Of a stretch of 64,000 nucleotides of DNA, positions 1-10,006 are shown piece after piece (position 1 is the first letter of the stretch; each line of letters starts with the position of its first letter). The notes under the pieces are model-generated. The model was not told the DNA's origin, made no database searches, and worked only from the letters and a program-made list of their open reading frames with translations. The position numbers and the translations under genes were made by a program. The stretch comes from Minisyncoccota bacterium (GTDB taxonomy: Bacteria > Patescibacteriota > Minisyncoccia > Phycocordibacterales > UBA5272), in NCBI GenBank assembly GCA_041651055.1, contig JBAZJW010000001.1:472506-536505 (forward strand), read 5' to 3'.

Positions 1-69
1 CTTCCCTGTCGACACTAAAAGCCTTATCGTGAAGATGAGAATGAATGTCGAAAAACGCGTACTGCATAG

Positions 70-1515
70 TTATGGAAGACGATTAAAGAGTGGCTTCTCT
101 GGCATTGTACTGGAATGAATGCACTCGAGAATTTTGGCAGACGTTTTTGGAATAAATGAAGAAAGGTTTTCTGCAATTGTTTCTAACGAAATCAAACAAT
201 GCTCTATCATTTCTCTTCCTTTCTGAGCGTCTACCTTAACCACTTTAAATGGTTCATTCGTTGCGATATATTCATCAAGCATTCCAATCTCTTTCATAAT
301 ATCTTTAATTGCTGCGTTCGTATCGAAGTTGTGTATCTCTTTTCGGCTTCTAGCTTCTAGCTTCTCGCTTCGTACTTCATTTGCCGTGGCCATTTTCATG
401 ACACGACTCGTAAGGTTCCCAATACCATTTGCAAGATATGCTGTGTATGCCGTCTTAATAGATTCGATCGTAATATCGCCGTCTTCAAATGAAGGCACTT
501 CGTGGAGCAAAATAAAACGCAGCACATCTTCTGGACAATCAGTCACATCTTTAAACATTTCAAGAATATCAAATGGATTAATTACATTTCCAATAGACTT
601 ACTCATTTTCTGTCCACCGGAAATAATAAAACCATCGATAATAATATTCGTTGTATTTGGAATATCTGCTGCAAGCAGCATTGCCTGCCAAATAGCAGAC
701 TGTTGGCGAAGATTATCTTTTCCACAATACTGAATCACTTCACGAGATTCTCCTTGTGCCCAATATGTCTCAAAGTCTTTAGACTCTGGCCAATTTAATG
801 TAGAGATATATGAAGTGAGCGCGTCAAACCACACATACATCACATGATCATCATCCCCTGGCACGGGCACACCCCATGGCATTTTTTCTTTAAGACGTGA
901 AATAGAAAAATCTTCAAGACCTCTATCAAGAAAAGCTTTGATTTCATTGAAACGAAAATCTGGGATTACAAGTGATGGATTCTTTTCATAGAGCTCACGC
1001 AGTTTTCCTTCTAGTTTTGAGAATGCAAAGAAATAATTTTCTTCTTTAATAACCTCAATGGCACGGTTTGGATGAAGCAGGCACAGTCCGTGCTCTAGTT
1101 CACTGTCTGTTTTATATAATTCACAACCAACACAATACTTTGCCTCATATTCTTTTTTGTAAATATATCCATTTGCATCACATCTCTTCCACATCTCTTG
1201 CGCAGCTTTGATATGCTTCTCTTCTGACGTACGAATGAAATGTATCTCTGGGGAGATACCGAGCTTTGGATATAATTCCTTAAATCGCGCAGCGTTTCTA
1301 TCTACATATTCTTGTACTTCTATTCCTTCTTTTTCCGCTGCTTCCAAAATCTTCGTACCGTGTTCATCTGTTCCTGTATTAAAAAATACATCATACCCAA
1401 GCGATTTCTTGTATCGTGCGATTACGTCGGCACGAACAAATTCAAGAGCATGACCTAAGTGAGGCTCAGCGTTTACATACGGAAGTGTGGTGGTGATATA
1501 GAATGGTTTGTTCAT
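70..1515 (-). CDS. metG: Methionyl-tRNA synthetase, short form lacking the C-terminal tRNA-binding domain
   Basis: YITTTLPYVNAEPHLGH (HIGH-like), GTDEHG, YVWFDAL, GKD and KMSKS motifs. Confidence 0.97.
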   Translation of the reverse strand: MNKPFYITTTLPYVNAEPHLGHALEFVRADVIARYKKSLGYDVFFNTGTDEHGTKILEAAEKEGIEVQEYVDRNAARFKELYPKLGISPEIHFIRTSEEKHIKAAQEMWKRCDANGYIYKKEYEAKYCVGCELYKTDSELEHGLCLLHPNRAIEVIKEENYFFAFSKLEGKLRELYEKNPSLVIPDFRFNEIKAFLDRGLEDFSISRLKEKMPWGVPVPGDDDHVMYVWFDALTSYISTLNWPESKDFETYWAQGESREVIQYCGKDNLRQQSAIWQAMLLAADIPNTTNIIIDGFIISGGQKMSKSIGNVINPFDILEMFKDVTDCPEDVLRFILLHEVPSFEDGDITIESIKTAYTAYLANGIGNLTSRVMKMATANEVRSEKLEARSRKEIHNFDTNAAIKDIMKEIGMLDEYIATNEPFKVVKVDAQKGREMIEHCLISLETIAENLSSFIPKTSAKILECIHSSTMPEKPLFNRLP

Positions 1516-1527
1516 ACGAAGTAAATA

Positions 1528-2577
1528 TTATAGTTGTGGCGGATTCTTTCGCTTTTGTAAATCAGATGCGAGCTCCATGAAAATAGAGGCGACAGGAACG
1601 GAGAGGAGAACCCCCCACATACCAGCTAACTTCGCCCCAACAACAAGTGCAATAATAACAACCACCGACGGCACACCGACAAGTTTGTTCATAACACGCG
1701 GATAGAGCACGTGACTTTCAAGCTGACTAATAACAATGTAAATAATAGCGATGATGGTAAGAAGAGAGGTCCCGCCATGGGTGTACGCCAAGAAAAGCGC
1801 TGGCACCATGGCAAAAGTAAGACCAACCATTGGAATTAATTCTCCTACAAAGGCAAGCACCGAGAGAAGTGCTGCGTACGGCATGTTAAGGATAAGGTTC
1901 GGAATATACACAAGAAGAGCGACAAAGAGTGAAAGCAATATTTGTCCCTGCATCCAAAGACCAATTTTCTTTTGAGCTCTCGTCCACAAATCTTCTACAT
2001 AACTTTCGTGCACTTTAGGAACGATAAGTCGTAAAAATTTCTGCACACCTCGCTCTTCAAGGGCGAGATAAAAAGCGAGAACAAACGTAAGCACAAGGTT
2101 TACTACTCCGTGAAGCACCACCGATGTCGTAGCAAAGAAACCACTTGAACCAAAGATAGCATTCTTTATTACACTCAATATTTGACCCTTTGAAATATCT
2201 TTTGAAAGATCTGCAATGGACAAAGAGAGATCTTTGAATCCCATATCACGACCAAAGATACGAACCGAGTCGAGTATTTGCGGAAGTGCTTGTACGAACC
2301 GAGCAAGATCATCTGCCAGTGGTGGTATAAAAATAAAAGCGACAGACGCGACAACTGCAATAAGAGAAAGGAAGATAAAAGAAACTGCAAGACCTCGTGG
2401 AAGGCCCCATCTGATTAACATTTTTACAGGGAGCTCTGCAGCTGATGCGAGCACGACCGAAACCATAAGTGCAATAATAAAATCACTCACGTATACCATT
2501 CCTGCAAAGACAGCAATCCACATAAGTGTTTTGATGATTGTGCCAGAAGCAATAGTGATTCTTGTCTCGTCTTTCAT
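1528..2577 (-). CDS. AI-2E (PerM-like) family membrane transporter
   Basis: Multi-TM protein with family-typical segments GQILL, ELIPMVG, QLESHVLYPRVM and GMWGVLLSVP. Confidence 0.88.
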   Translation of the reverse strand: MKDETRITIASGTIIKTLMWIAVFAGMVYVSDFIIALMVSVVLASAAELPVKMLIRWGLPRGLAVSFIFLSLIAVVASVAFIFIPPLADDLARFVQALPQILDSVRIFGRDMGFKDLSLSIADLSKDISKGQILSVIKNAIFGSSGFFATTSVVLHGVVNLVLTFVLAFYLALEERGVQKFLRLIVPKVHESYVEDLWTRAQKKIGLWMQGQILLSLFVALLVYIPNLILNMPYAALLSVLAFVGELIPMVGLTFAMVPALFLAYTHGGTSLLTIIAIIYIVISQLESHVLYPRVMNKLVGVPSVVVIIALVVGAKLAGMWGVLLSVPVASIFMELASDLQKRKNPPQL

Positions 2578-2598
2578 ACTCGTATCCTATCATAAAAT

Positions 2599-2719
2599 AA
2601 GTCGAAAGTCCGTAAAGTCTAAAGTCTATAAAGGAAATACAGGGGCGTCGCCATAGGCGACGCCCCTGTATTTTAGAATTTCACTTTTAACCTTATGAAC
2701 TTTACAGACTTTATGGACT
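2599..2719. repeat. Palindromic intergenic element, copy 1: AAAGT(C) tracts, GC hairpin, ACTTT tracts
   Basis: Hairpin aaatacaggggcgtcgcc-ata-ggcgacgcccctgtattt flanked by short mirrored AAAGT/ACTTT units; closely similar to 4605-4742. Confidence 0.8.
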
Positions 2720-2724
2720 ACGTT

Positions 2725-4584
2725 TTATTTATCCACCACAATAGAAGGATTATCTTTCCATATTTCCCCATTGATTTGCGTCGTGAGTGCTGGAATATTC
2801 ATTCGAACATGGGTCTTTGCAATCTCTTCATCCGCATCAAGCACAATACCAGAAGTGATAGATGGAATTTGATTCACATGACTTTGAGAAGGAAGTACAG
2901 AAAGACCAATGTCTATGCTTGTCATACTGCCAGCACCAATAGCGGAAGGTGTCCAGGTAACCGTTCGTGTTTTTGCATCATAAGACACTTTCGTAGAGTC
3001 ACTTGTTACGTTGCGCCATGTTACGTATGCAGGAAGAAGAAAGGAAACTTTCGCATTAACGAGCGCATTTTGTGCAGACACTGTCATATGTGCTGTGTAT
3101 GTCGTAGCAGTGTTTGGATGAGGAGGAATTGGGCCTGTATTTGGAAATGGAGAATTTTTATATGCAGTCTTGGCACTCAAACTCGCGCTTCCTTGAACAA
3201 TCCATGTCTTATCGAGAGCTGCAACAATGTCATTTTTTGATTGTAGTGTGGCGACCCCTGTCATTGTAAGAGTAAGTGCGGGGGAATTATTTCCACTAAG
3301 AACTATCGGTATAGTTACACGGAAAACACCCTCTTTATGAGCTTCAATAAGAGCGAGTTCAGGAACAGAAGCCTTGTCCCAGGAAATGGTTTTCTTAATT
3401 GAGTCATAGTATCCGCTCGTTGAATTAATTTGTTTATAGAGAGGAGCTTCTCCTTCTATCGCAAGTACAAACGATGTATCAAGAAGCGGGAGGTCGCTTG
3501 TATTTTTATACGTAATCAAAAGGGTCGTCTTATCTCCATAACGAAGTGAATTAATAACACCCCGTTCTGTGTCGAGTGCTATAGAAAACGTCAAAGGAGA
3601 AGATCGAAGGGCGATATCAAATGTTTGTGTCGCATATACAAATCCGATAATAGCAGCACCACTACCGGTAGAACCAAGCACGGCACGCAACGTTGTCACA
3701 TCTCCACTAGAGACAGATCCTGTAAGAGTGATGTTTCGTGACTCACCGGCTTCTAACGCAGGTATCGCCCAAACAGACCCACGAGCACTTGGTTTCGGAT
3801 TCATGTTTGCAAGTGTAAAGGTATTCGGAAGTGTAAGCTGCATAACACTTGGGAGTGAGGTTGTCGAGGTGTTATTTTTTACTGAAATAGTAAAGATGCC
3901 GCTCTGTCCAGAAGACAACGTCTGAGGGCCGTCAATATGAAGAGATATTGGAGGTGTTCTTAGTGCGACAGGCGTCACAAGAACTTTACTAAAAAGAGCA
4001 TTCTGACCCGCAACTTTATATTCAAGCTTAAGTGTAAGATCACGAACCTCGGATTCACTTCCATATACCGTCACATCAAAGAATTGCTGTTTATTTTCAC
4101 CTGCACCCAATGTGCCAATATCACGCTTCACCTGAACCTTCTCCTGTTCATCTTGCGCACCTGTCCCTTGTTTGTAGGTAAGCGTTACGGTTGAGGCTTC
4201 TATTGCTGCTGTATTACGATTGCGCACCGTAAATGTAAGAGGTGTGACCTCACCTCCTTCTACAGAAGAACTAATTTCTGCTGCCATGTCGATATTTATA
4301 CCCGAAACAATATTACGAGAAGAAAGAACACGCCATGCAGCAAAAGAAAGCGCAGCCAGAAGAAGAACAGAAGACACAAGGAGAAGCTTTGCTCCAAAAG
4401 AAAATCCTTCGTCTACTTTTTCTCCAACAATAACCGCATTCTGTTCTCCCCATGAAGCTGGGAGATCTCTCATCTTCGCATCACGAACACGATGTATTAT
4501 CACATCGTCCATTTTATTCTTTGGATCATTGAGTTCGTGCTCAACCATGTCGAGCGCACTATTTTCTTGTTCAGGTAAATCCAT
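2725..4584 (-). CDS. Membrane-anchored protein with several predicted beta-sandwich (Ig/DUF11-like) domains
   Basis: One N-terminal TM followed by Thr/Ser-rich beta-strand repeats; start placed at ATG 4584, 7 nt after TATACT. Confidence 0.7.
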   Translation of the reverse strand: MDLPEQENSALDMVEHELNDPKNKMDDVIIHRVRDAKMRDLPASWGEQNAVIVGEKVDEGFSFGAKLLLVSSVLLLAALSFAAWRVLSSRNIVSGINIDMAAEISSSVEGGEVTPLTFTVRNRNTAAIEASTVTLTYKQGTGAQDEQEKVQVKRDIGTLGAGENKQQFFDVTVYGSESEVRDLTLKLEYKVAGQNALFSKVLVTPVALRTPPISLHIDGPQTLSSGQSGIFTISVKNNTSTTSLPSVMQLTLPNTFTLANMNPKPSARGSVWAIPALEAGESRNITLTGSVSSGDVTTLRAVLGSTGSGAAIIGFVYATQTFDIALRSSPLTFSIALDTERGVINSLRYGDKTTLLITYKNTSDLPLLDTSFVLAIEGEAPLYKQINSTSGYYDSIKKTISWDKASVPELALIEAHKEGVFRVTIPIVLSGNNSPALTLTMTGVATLQSKNDIVAALDKTWIVQGSASLSAKTAYKNSPFPNTGPIPPHPNTATTYTAHMTVSAQNALVNAKVSFLLPAYVTWRNVTSDSTKVSYDAKTRTVTWTPSAIGAGSMTSIDIGLSVLPSQSHVNQIPSITSGIVLDADEEIAKTHVRMNIPALTTQINGEIWKDNPSIVVDK

Positions 4585-4604
4585 GTTCTTTAGTATACCA
4601 GTAC

Positions 4605-4742
4605 AGTCCATAAAGTTCTTAAAGTAGAAAGTTCATAAAGTAATTCGGGGCGCCGCCTACGGCGGCGCCCCGAATTTGGAATCCCACTTTTAACTTTATG
4701 AACTTTATGGACTGTGTATACTTTACGAACTTTCGTAACTTT
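4605..4742. repeat. Palindromic intergenic element, copy 2
   Basis: Hairpin aattcggggcgccgcc-tac-ggcggcgccccgaatt followed by cacttttaactttatgaactttatggact, as in copy 1. Confidence 0.8.
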
Positions 4743-4752
4743 TTACTGTATG

Positions 4753-5307
4753 CTACAACTGTACTTCTTCAAGAACCGCAGTGACGTGAGCACGCACAGC
4801 ATCATGAGAAAGAAGGAGGTGTGTATACAAATCATCCACACTCCACGCAAGATATTCTTTCAAGGTTTCAGCACCAATCGCTTTCGCATCAGCGTAGCCA
4901 AGCTCTACGAGCACAATGTAATAGAGAAGGAGGCGGGACTTTTGAATATCGTACATAGGTGCGACGTCGAGAAATTGAATAAGTCTATCGTACAACGCTT
5001 CATGCGCACCCTCTCCACGAATGAATCTTTTAACAAGACCAATCACACTGTGTGCAATAAGAGGAATAGCTCGTTGCTCTTCTGCACCCACAAGTCGCCA
5101 GACATCTTTCCCTTGGACGAGGGTCACAAGACTCATGGTGCGAGGAAGAATGTGTGCACGGAGTTTGCTTTCTAATTTACGAACACTCTTGGCGTGTGCA
5201 GTAAGCATACCGAACTCACGCGTAAATAGTTTATACACACGATCATGTTCTCCTTGATCATAGGCTTCAATAACGAGGCACTTGGTGACGTATTTTTCTA
5301 TGGCCAT
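4753..5307 (-). CDS. recO: DNA repair protein RecO
   Basis: N-terminal OB fold GEHDRVYKLFTREFG...AKSVRKLESKL. Confidence 0.85.
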   Translation of the reverse strand: MAIEKYVTKCLVIEAYDQGEHDRVYKLFTREFGMLTAHAKSVRKLESKLRAHILPRTMSLVTLVQGKDVWRLVGAEEQRAIPLIAHSVIGLVKRFIRGEGAHEALYDRLIQFLDVAPMYDIQKSRLLLYYIVLVELGYADAKAIGAETLKEYLAWSVDDLYTHLLLSHDAVRAHVTAVLEEVQL

Positions 5308-5353
5308 GAGGGGTAGTATACAGTCGACAGTTTACAGCTAAGAGTAATACAGG

Positions 5354-5386
5354 GCAAAGAGCGGCCACTTCGTGGCCGCTCTTTGC
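5354..5386 (-). terminator. Hairpin directly after the ileS stop codon
   Basis: gcaaagagcggccac-ttc-gtggccgctctttgc perfect stem; U-tract is weak. Confidence 0.6.
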
Positions 5387-8300
5387 TATTTGATATCAAA
5401 TGACACCGTGCCGATTGAAGTTTCTGCAGTATACGAACCGTCCCCTTCAACAATTGAACCAACTCTACAGGTACCCATGAGAGTATCTTTGAATTGTTCT
5501 GGAATAGCGTAGCTCGTTACAAGCGTTACTAGATCTTTCGGTGTAAGGCCTTTTTCTTTTCGCGCATCTTGTACCGCGCGCATTAGATTACGAACGTCCC
5601 CTTCCTTTTGTAACTCTTCTGTAATAACAAGATCAAGCGCACATACGTCTGTGATAGTAGCGTCAAAGGCGAGCTCTTTCACATTGAGTTCATCCAAAAG
5701 AATCTGATGATACTCTAACGGAATCTCATTCTTAAGTGTTAGCTTTTGGAGTGGTTGACGAACGGCGATTTTCGCTTGTGTACGAAGGGAAAGAGCAGAG
5801 GTTACTACATCTCGTACGAGCTTCATTTCTTCTCGTACAGAGGCGTCAGATTCTGGCGCTTCTGGCCACACATCCAAATGCACTGATTCACGATCTCCTC
5901 CAATAGTCTGATACACACGTTCAGCGAGGAATGGCATAACCGGTGCAATGACTTTTGAAAATGTAAGTAGTACGTATGCCAATGTTTCCTGTGCATTCTT
6001 TTTATCATCTTCCCCTGTTTCACCTTTTAATCTATCTCGTGATCTACGTACATACCATACAGAAAGATCGTCAACGAGTGCTTCGATTGGCCGTGTCGCA
6101 TCATCGAGAATATAGTCGTCGTATCCTTTGGTCGTCGAGGCGACAACCTCATTCACACGAGAAAGAATCCATCTATCCAAAACATTTTTAGAATCGGCGT
6201 TTCCTTTCACCTCCTCTTCTTTATTCATCTCATATAGAGAAAGAACATTCTCAAGACGTGAAATAACTTTCTTGTACACATCTTCAACAAGTGAATCTCC
6301 GAAAAGAATATTTTCGCCTTTAACCACAGAACTAGAAAGAAGAGCATAACGCATTGCATCCGCTCCATACTTTTCTACAAGTTCGAGTGGGTCAGTGTAA
6401 TTCTTTTCACTCTTGGAAAGCTTTACTCCTGATTCTGCCATAACAAGACCGTTTACAATCACATGCTTATACGGTGCCTTGTCGAACAATCCGACACCCA
6501 GATTAATAAGTGAGTAAAACCATCCTCTCGTTTGATCCAAACCTTCAGCAATGAAATCTGCAGGATAATTTTTATCAAAGATTTCTTTATTCTCAAACGG
6601 ATAATGAACCGATGCAAAAGGCATTGACCCAGACTCAAACCAACAATCAAACACGTCCGGTATACGAGTGTAGATAACACCATCAACAGAAAGTTTTATT
6701 TCATCGATGTACGGACGATGAAGATTAATAGCACCTGTCTCATCTCGTGGCACAAATTTCACATCTAGTTTTGTGAAGGCTCCATTTTTAAGATACATAT
6801 GCGTGTGCTCGAGAGCTTCATCTGCAATTACCTCTTCCTCTGTTGCAAGATTTGATCCAGCAATAACCATTCGAAGTGGTCCACCATGAGTGACAAGAAG
6901 AATATTTTTACCTTCATTATTTTTTTCTTCATCATACACACATGCCATCATTCTGTTCATTATTTCTTCATGCGTCTCCCCTCCTTGTGGGCGATGATCA
7001 AAACGTAAGAAATCAAGTTTTCCGTTTACCTTAAGATAGTCTGCTATTTTCCACCCATCATAAATACCGAGATGATTTTCTGAAAGACGATTATCCACCA
7101 CTACATCCTTCACACCAAGAATATCCGCAATAATCTTGGCTGTTTCTTCCGAACGAATAAACGGTGACATAACAATACGATCAATGTGCATGTCTTTCAA
7201 TTTTTCAGCGCTAGCTCTGATTTGTTCTTTGCCTTTTTCGGTAAGGTGGTTATTTGGATCACCCACGGTATCTAGTATTTCGTCAACATTACTCTGTGCT
7301 TCACCATGACGAATAGCATAGAAATTATTTTTTGCGGCGTAGGCATTTTTCTCCGCAAGATCTTTTAGGGAGCCGATCATCACCGCATCACCATTTTCAT
7401 TTTTCCATACAGGAAGTGGCGCACCCCAATACCGTGTGCGCGATACCGCCCATTCACGAGCCCCCTCCAGCCATTTACCAAATCGCCCGTCACGTGTATG
7501 CGCTGGTGTCCATCCAATCTTCTGATTTTCGGAAATGAGCTTATCTTTTATCTTTGGCACATCTACGAACCAACTCGATGTCGCATAATTAAGAAGCGGT
7601 GTTTTACATCGCCAACAAAGTGGATACGAGTGAATGATTTTATGCTTCTCAAAAAGCAGACCATTATGTGCGAGATACTTTATGATTTCAATATCCGCTG
7701 ACTGCGTGTCATCTTTTACTTTCACTTTCATTCCTGCAAAATCAGTGACAGCCGGAATAAACGTGCCATCCATTTTCACATGCTTAATCACAGGAATATT
7801 GTTTGCCTTGGCAAGCTCCATATCTTCGGCACCGAAAGCTGGTGCTTCATGTGCGATACCCGTACCTGTGTCGAGTGTGATAAAATCTGCATGCCAGATT
7901 TTGAAAATGTTTTCTTTATGTTCGATGTCAGCATTTTGAAAATATGGGAATACTGGTTTGTATGATTTTCCAATTAAAGTTTCACCAGAAAAAGTATCAA
8001 TTACCTCATACTTCATTTCTTTTAATACATCTTCTTTTCTATCATTTGCAAGAATATACAACCCCTCCATATCTTCAATAGAAACTTTTATATAGAGAGC
8101 TTTTCTAGAAAGTGCAAGAGCAACGTTTCCTGGAAGTGTCCACGGTGTCGTTGTCCACGCAAGAACAAAAGTTCCTGGTTCATCTGTAAGTTCAAACTTT
8201 GCCGTCACAGAAAGATCTGTTACATCGTGATACTCAAGACCTACCTCTGATTGAGCAAGAGGTGTCTCACATCTCGGACAGATGTGCATCATTTTGTTTC

Positions 8301-8829
8301 CTTCATACGCTAGCCCTTTTTCATACAAGGTCTTCCATGCCCACCAAATACTTTCGGTGTATGTCGCATCCATTGTTTTGTATGGATGATCCATATCTAC
8401 GAAACGACCAAGACGTGGAATAACCTTTTTCCATTCTTCTTCATACTGAAGCACGCTCTCATACGCATCTTTATTAAACTTTCCAATACCAAATTCTTCA
8501 ATATCTTTTTTACTTGCGAGACCAAGTTTCTTTTCTATCAAGTTCTCAACAGGAAGGCCGTGGCAGTCCCATCCCCAAACACGACGAACACTTTTACCGT
8601 TCATTGTCTGATATCTGGGAATAGCATCTTTGATAGTGCCTGCCAAGATATGACCAAAGTGTGGAAGACCTGTCGCAAATGGTGGACCGTCATAAAATGA
8701 AAACGATTCTTTTTCTGCTTCCCCTTCCGGCGTTTCTATAGACTTTTCAAAAATCTTTTTGTCCTGCCAAAAAAGAAGCGTCTCTTGCTCCTTTTCATTT
8801 ATTGTTTTTGGGGTTGAGTTGTTGTTCAT
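5386..8829 (-). CDS. ileS: Isoleucyl-tRNA synthetase (IleRS2-like) with an inserted histidine-phosphatase domain
   Basis: DGPPFATGLPHFGH, GWDCHGLP, WTTTPWTLP, EGLDQTRGWFY and KLSKS; insert contains RHGEA...SPFIRS..TA...LVTHGG. Confidence 0.97.
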   Translation of the reverse strand: MNNNSTPKTINEKEQETLLFWQDKKIFEKSIETPEGEAEKESFSFYDGPPFATGLPHFGHILAGTIKDAIPRYQTMNGKSVRRVWGWDCHGLPVENLIEKKLGLASKKDIEEFGIGKFNKDAYESVLQYEEEWKKVIPRLGRFVDMDHPYKTMDATYTESIWWAWKTLYEKGLAYEGNKMMHICPRCETPLAQSEVGLEYHDVTDLSVTAKFELTDEPGTFVLAWTTTPWTLPGNVALALSRKALYIKVSIEDMEGLYILANDRKEDVLKEMKYEVIDTFSGETLIGKSYKPVFPYFQNADIEHKENIFKIWHADFITLDTGTGIAHEAPAFGAEDMELAKANNIPVIKHVKMDGTFIPAVTDFAGMKVKVKDDTQSADIEIIKYLAHNGLLFEKHKIIHSYPLCWRCKTPLLNYATSSWFVDVPKIKDKLISENQKIGWTPAHTRDGRFGKWLEGAREWAVSRTRYWGAPLPVWKNENGDAVMIGSLKDLAEKNAYAAKNNFYAIRHGEAQSNVDEILDTVGDPNNHLTEKGKEQIRASAEKLKDMHIDRIVMSPFIRSEETAKIIADILGVKDVVVDNRLSENHLGIYDGWKIADYLKVNGKLDFLRFDHRPQGGETHEEIMNRMMACVYDEEKNNEGKNILLVTHGGPLRMVIAGSNLATEEEVIADEALEHTHMYLKNGAFTKLDVKFVPRDETGAINLHRPYIDEIKLSVDGVIYTRIPDVFDCWFESGSMPFASVHYPFENKEIFDKNYPADFIAEGLDQTRGWFYSLINLGVGLFDKAPYKHVIVNGLVMAESGVKLSKSEKNYTDPLELVEKYGADAMRYALLSSSVVKGENILFGDSLVEDVYKKVISRLENVLSLYEMNKEEEVKGNADSKNVLDRWILSRVNEVVASTTKGYDDYILDDATRPIEALVDDLSVWYVRRSRDRLKGETGEDDKKNAQETLAYVLLTFSKVIAPVMPFLAERVYQTIGGDRESVHLDVWPEAPESDASVREEMKLVRDVVTSALSLRTQAKIAVRQPLQKLTLKNEIPLEYHQILLDELNVKELAFDATITDVCALDLVITEELQKEGDVRNLMRAVQDARKEKGLTPKDLVTLVTSYAIPEQFKDTLMGTCRVGSIVEGDGSYTAETSIGTVSFDIK

Positions 8830-8871
8830 AATGATTAGATTGTGTTGATAGTATGACCCGCGATCTGCCGA

Positions 8872-9071
8872 GGTAAAAATAAAAATCGTCCTTGAGAAAC
8901 AACTTTTTACTGTTGTTTTTCAAGGACGATTTTTATACCGTGGTACCACCTTGTTTTTCCTTTGATTCCCTCTCGATATTGCTCGGGGTAAATCTCGGGA
9001 CTCATTTGTTGGGTTCTACTAGCTTTTCAGCGTTCTTCCCGAAGCTCTGGGGTGATTAGTCCCGTCGCTGC
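8872..9071 (-). ncRNA. T-box riboswitch (Ile, AUC specifier) with ultra-short stem I and intrinsic terminator
   Basis: Minus-strand RNA: GGG-ACUA-AUC-A-CCC; stem II GGG-AAGAAC-GCU-GAAA-AGC-U-AGUAGAA-CCC; antiterminator CAAGG-UGGUACC-ACGG...UCGU-CCUUG; long terminator with U-tract; lies directly upstream of ileS. Confidence 0.92.
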
Positions 9072-9171
9072 TTATGAGTTCATAATACATCAAAACCATA
9101 TAAACGTAAACAATCTTTCTGTGACCTGGCCTTTTTATTACTTAAGCCACGTAACAATATTGGAGCTATTT

Positions 9172-10005
9172 TTATTTAATAATCCTTGCAAATAAACTCT
9201 CAGTAATGTCACCTGACCCAGCACCTTCTTTTGTTGTTATGTAACCAGTTTCACCTCTTTCGTATGCAAAGAGAGCTGCAGCAGACAAAAGCTTATCTTT
9301 CTCATCCTTGAGATCAATTGAATTATATACAGCGTGAAGTGACTGAAGTACGTCACTGCGATGACGGTAAGTTTCTTCTAGGTGTTTTTCAGCATTATAG
9401 TTTTTTCTAAAAAATTGAACAATCTGAAAAAAGAAGAAGGCCAGCACTGCTTTTAAGATAAACACAACCAAAGAAAGATTGTACATAACATCTTCTGCTA
9501 GATGTGATTTTATAAATTTATAGTCGGAAATATTTACAAAAAATAATAACCCTATAACAAATAGCAGCATTGTTATTGCTATAAAATACCAGTTACGCAT
9601 ATTGTTTGCCAAAACCTCATGACGACCGGCTGTTGTTGAAAAAGTTTTTGAATATGCTGCAAGGGCAGTTGCCCCACTGGCTAGTTTTGCTACACGATTA
9701 AGATCTTCTAAATCAGAACTACTTTCTTGAACTTTATTTGCAAGAACATCAACGTTTTTCCCTAATTTTTTTAGATCAGTATCTTTGTAGATTTTCCAAG
9801 CAATATATTTGATAATAATATCTGCAAAATAATCACGATAACCATTAATTACGTTCGGGTTATCTTTTAGTTGTTGTACTAACCCTTTGTGTTGTTGATT
9901 TAGCAGGTTTTGAAAACCGCTATCAAGAACCACTTCTGTAAGAAGAGCCCAATCTTCACCGCCTGCCGAAATTGCTGAACTTTTTATTGCTTCTGGTGTT
10001 GCCAT
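9172..10005 (-). CDS. Hypothetical membrane protein (coiled coil plus 2 TM), AT-rich
   Basis: Long ORF with two hydrophobic segments; start chosen just after the stop of the upstream gene. Confidence 0.65.
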   Translation of the reverse strand: MATPEAIKSSAISAGGEDWALLTEVVLDSGFQNLLNQQHKGLVQQLKDNPNVINGYRDYFADIIIKYIAWKIYKDTDLKKLGKNVDVLANKVQESSSDLEDLNRVAKLASGATALAAYSKTFSTTAGRHEVLANNMRNWYFIAITMLLFVIGLLFFVNISDYKFIKSHLAEDVMYNLSLVVFILKAVLAFFFFQIVQFFRKNYNAEKHLEETYRHRSDVLQSLHAVYNSIDLKDEKDKLLSAAALFAYERGETGYITTKEGAGSGDITESLFARIIK

Positions 10006-10006
10006 T

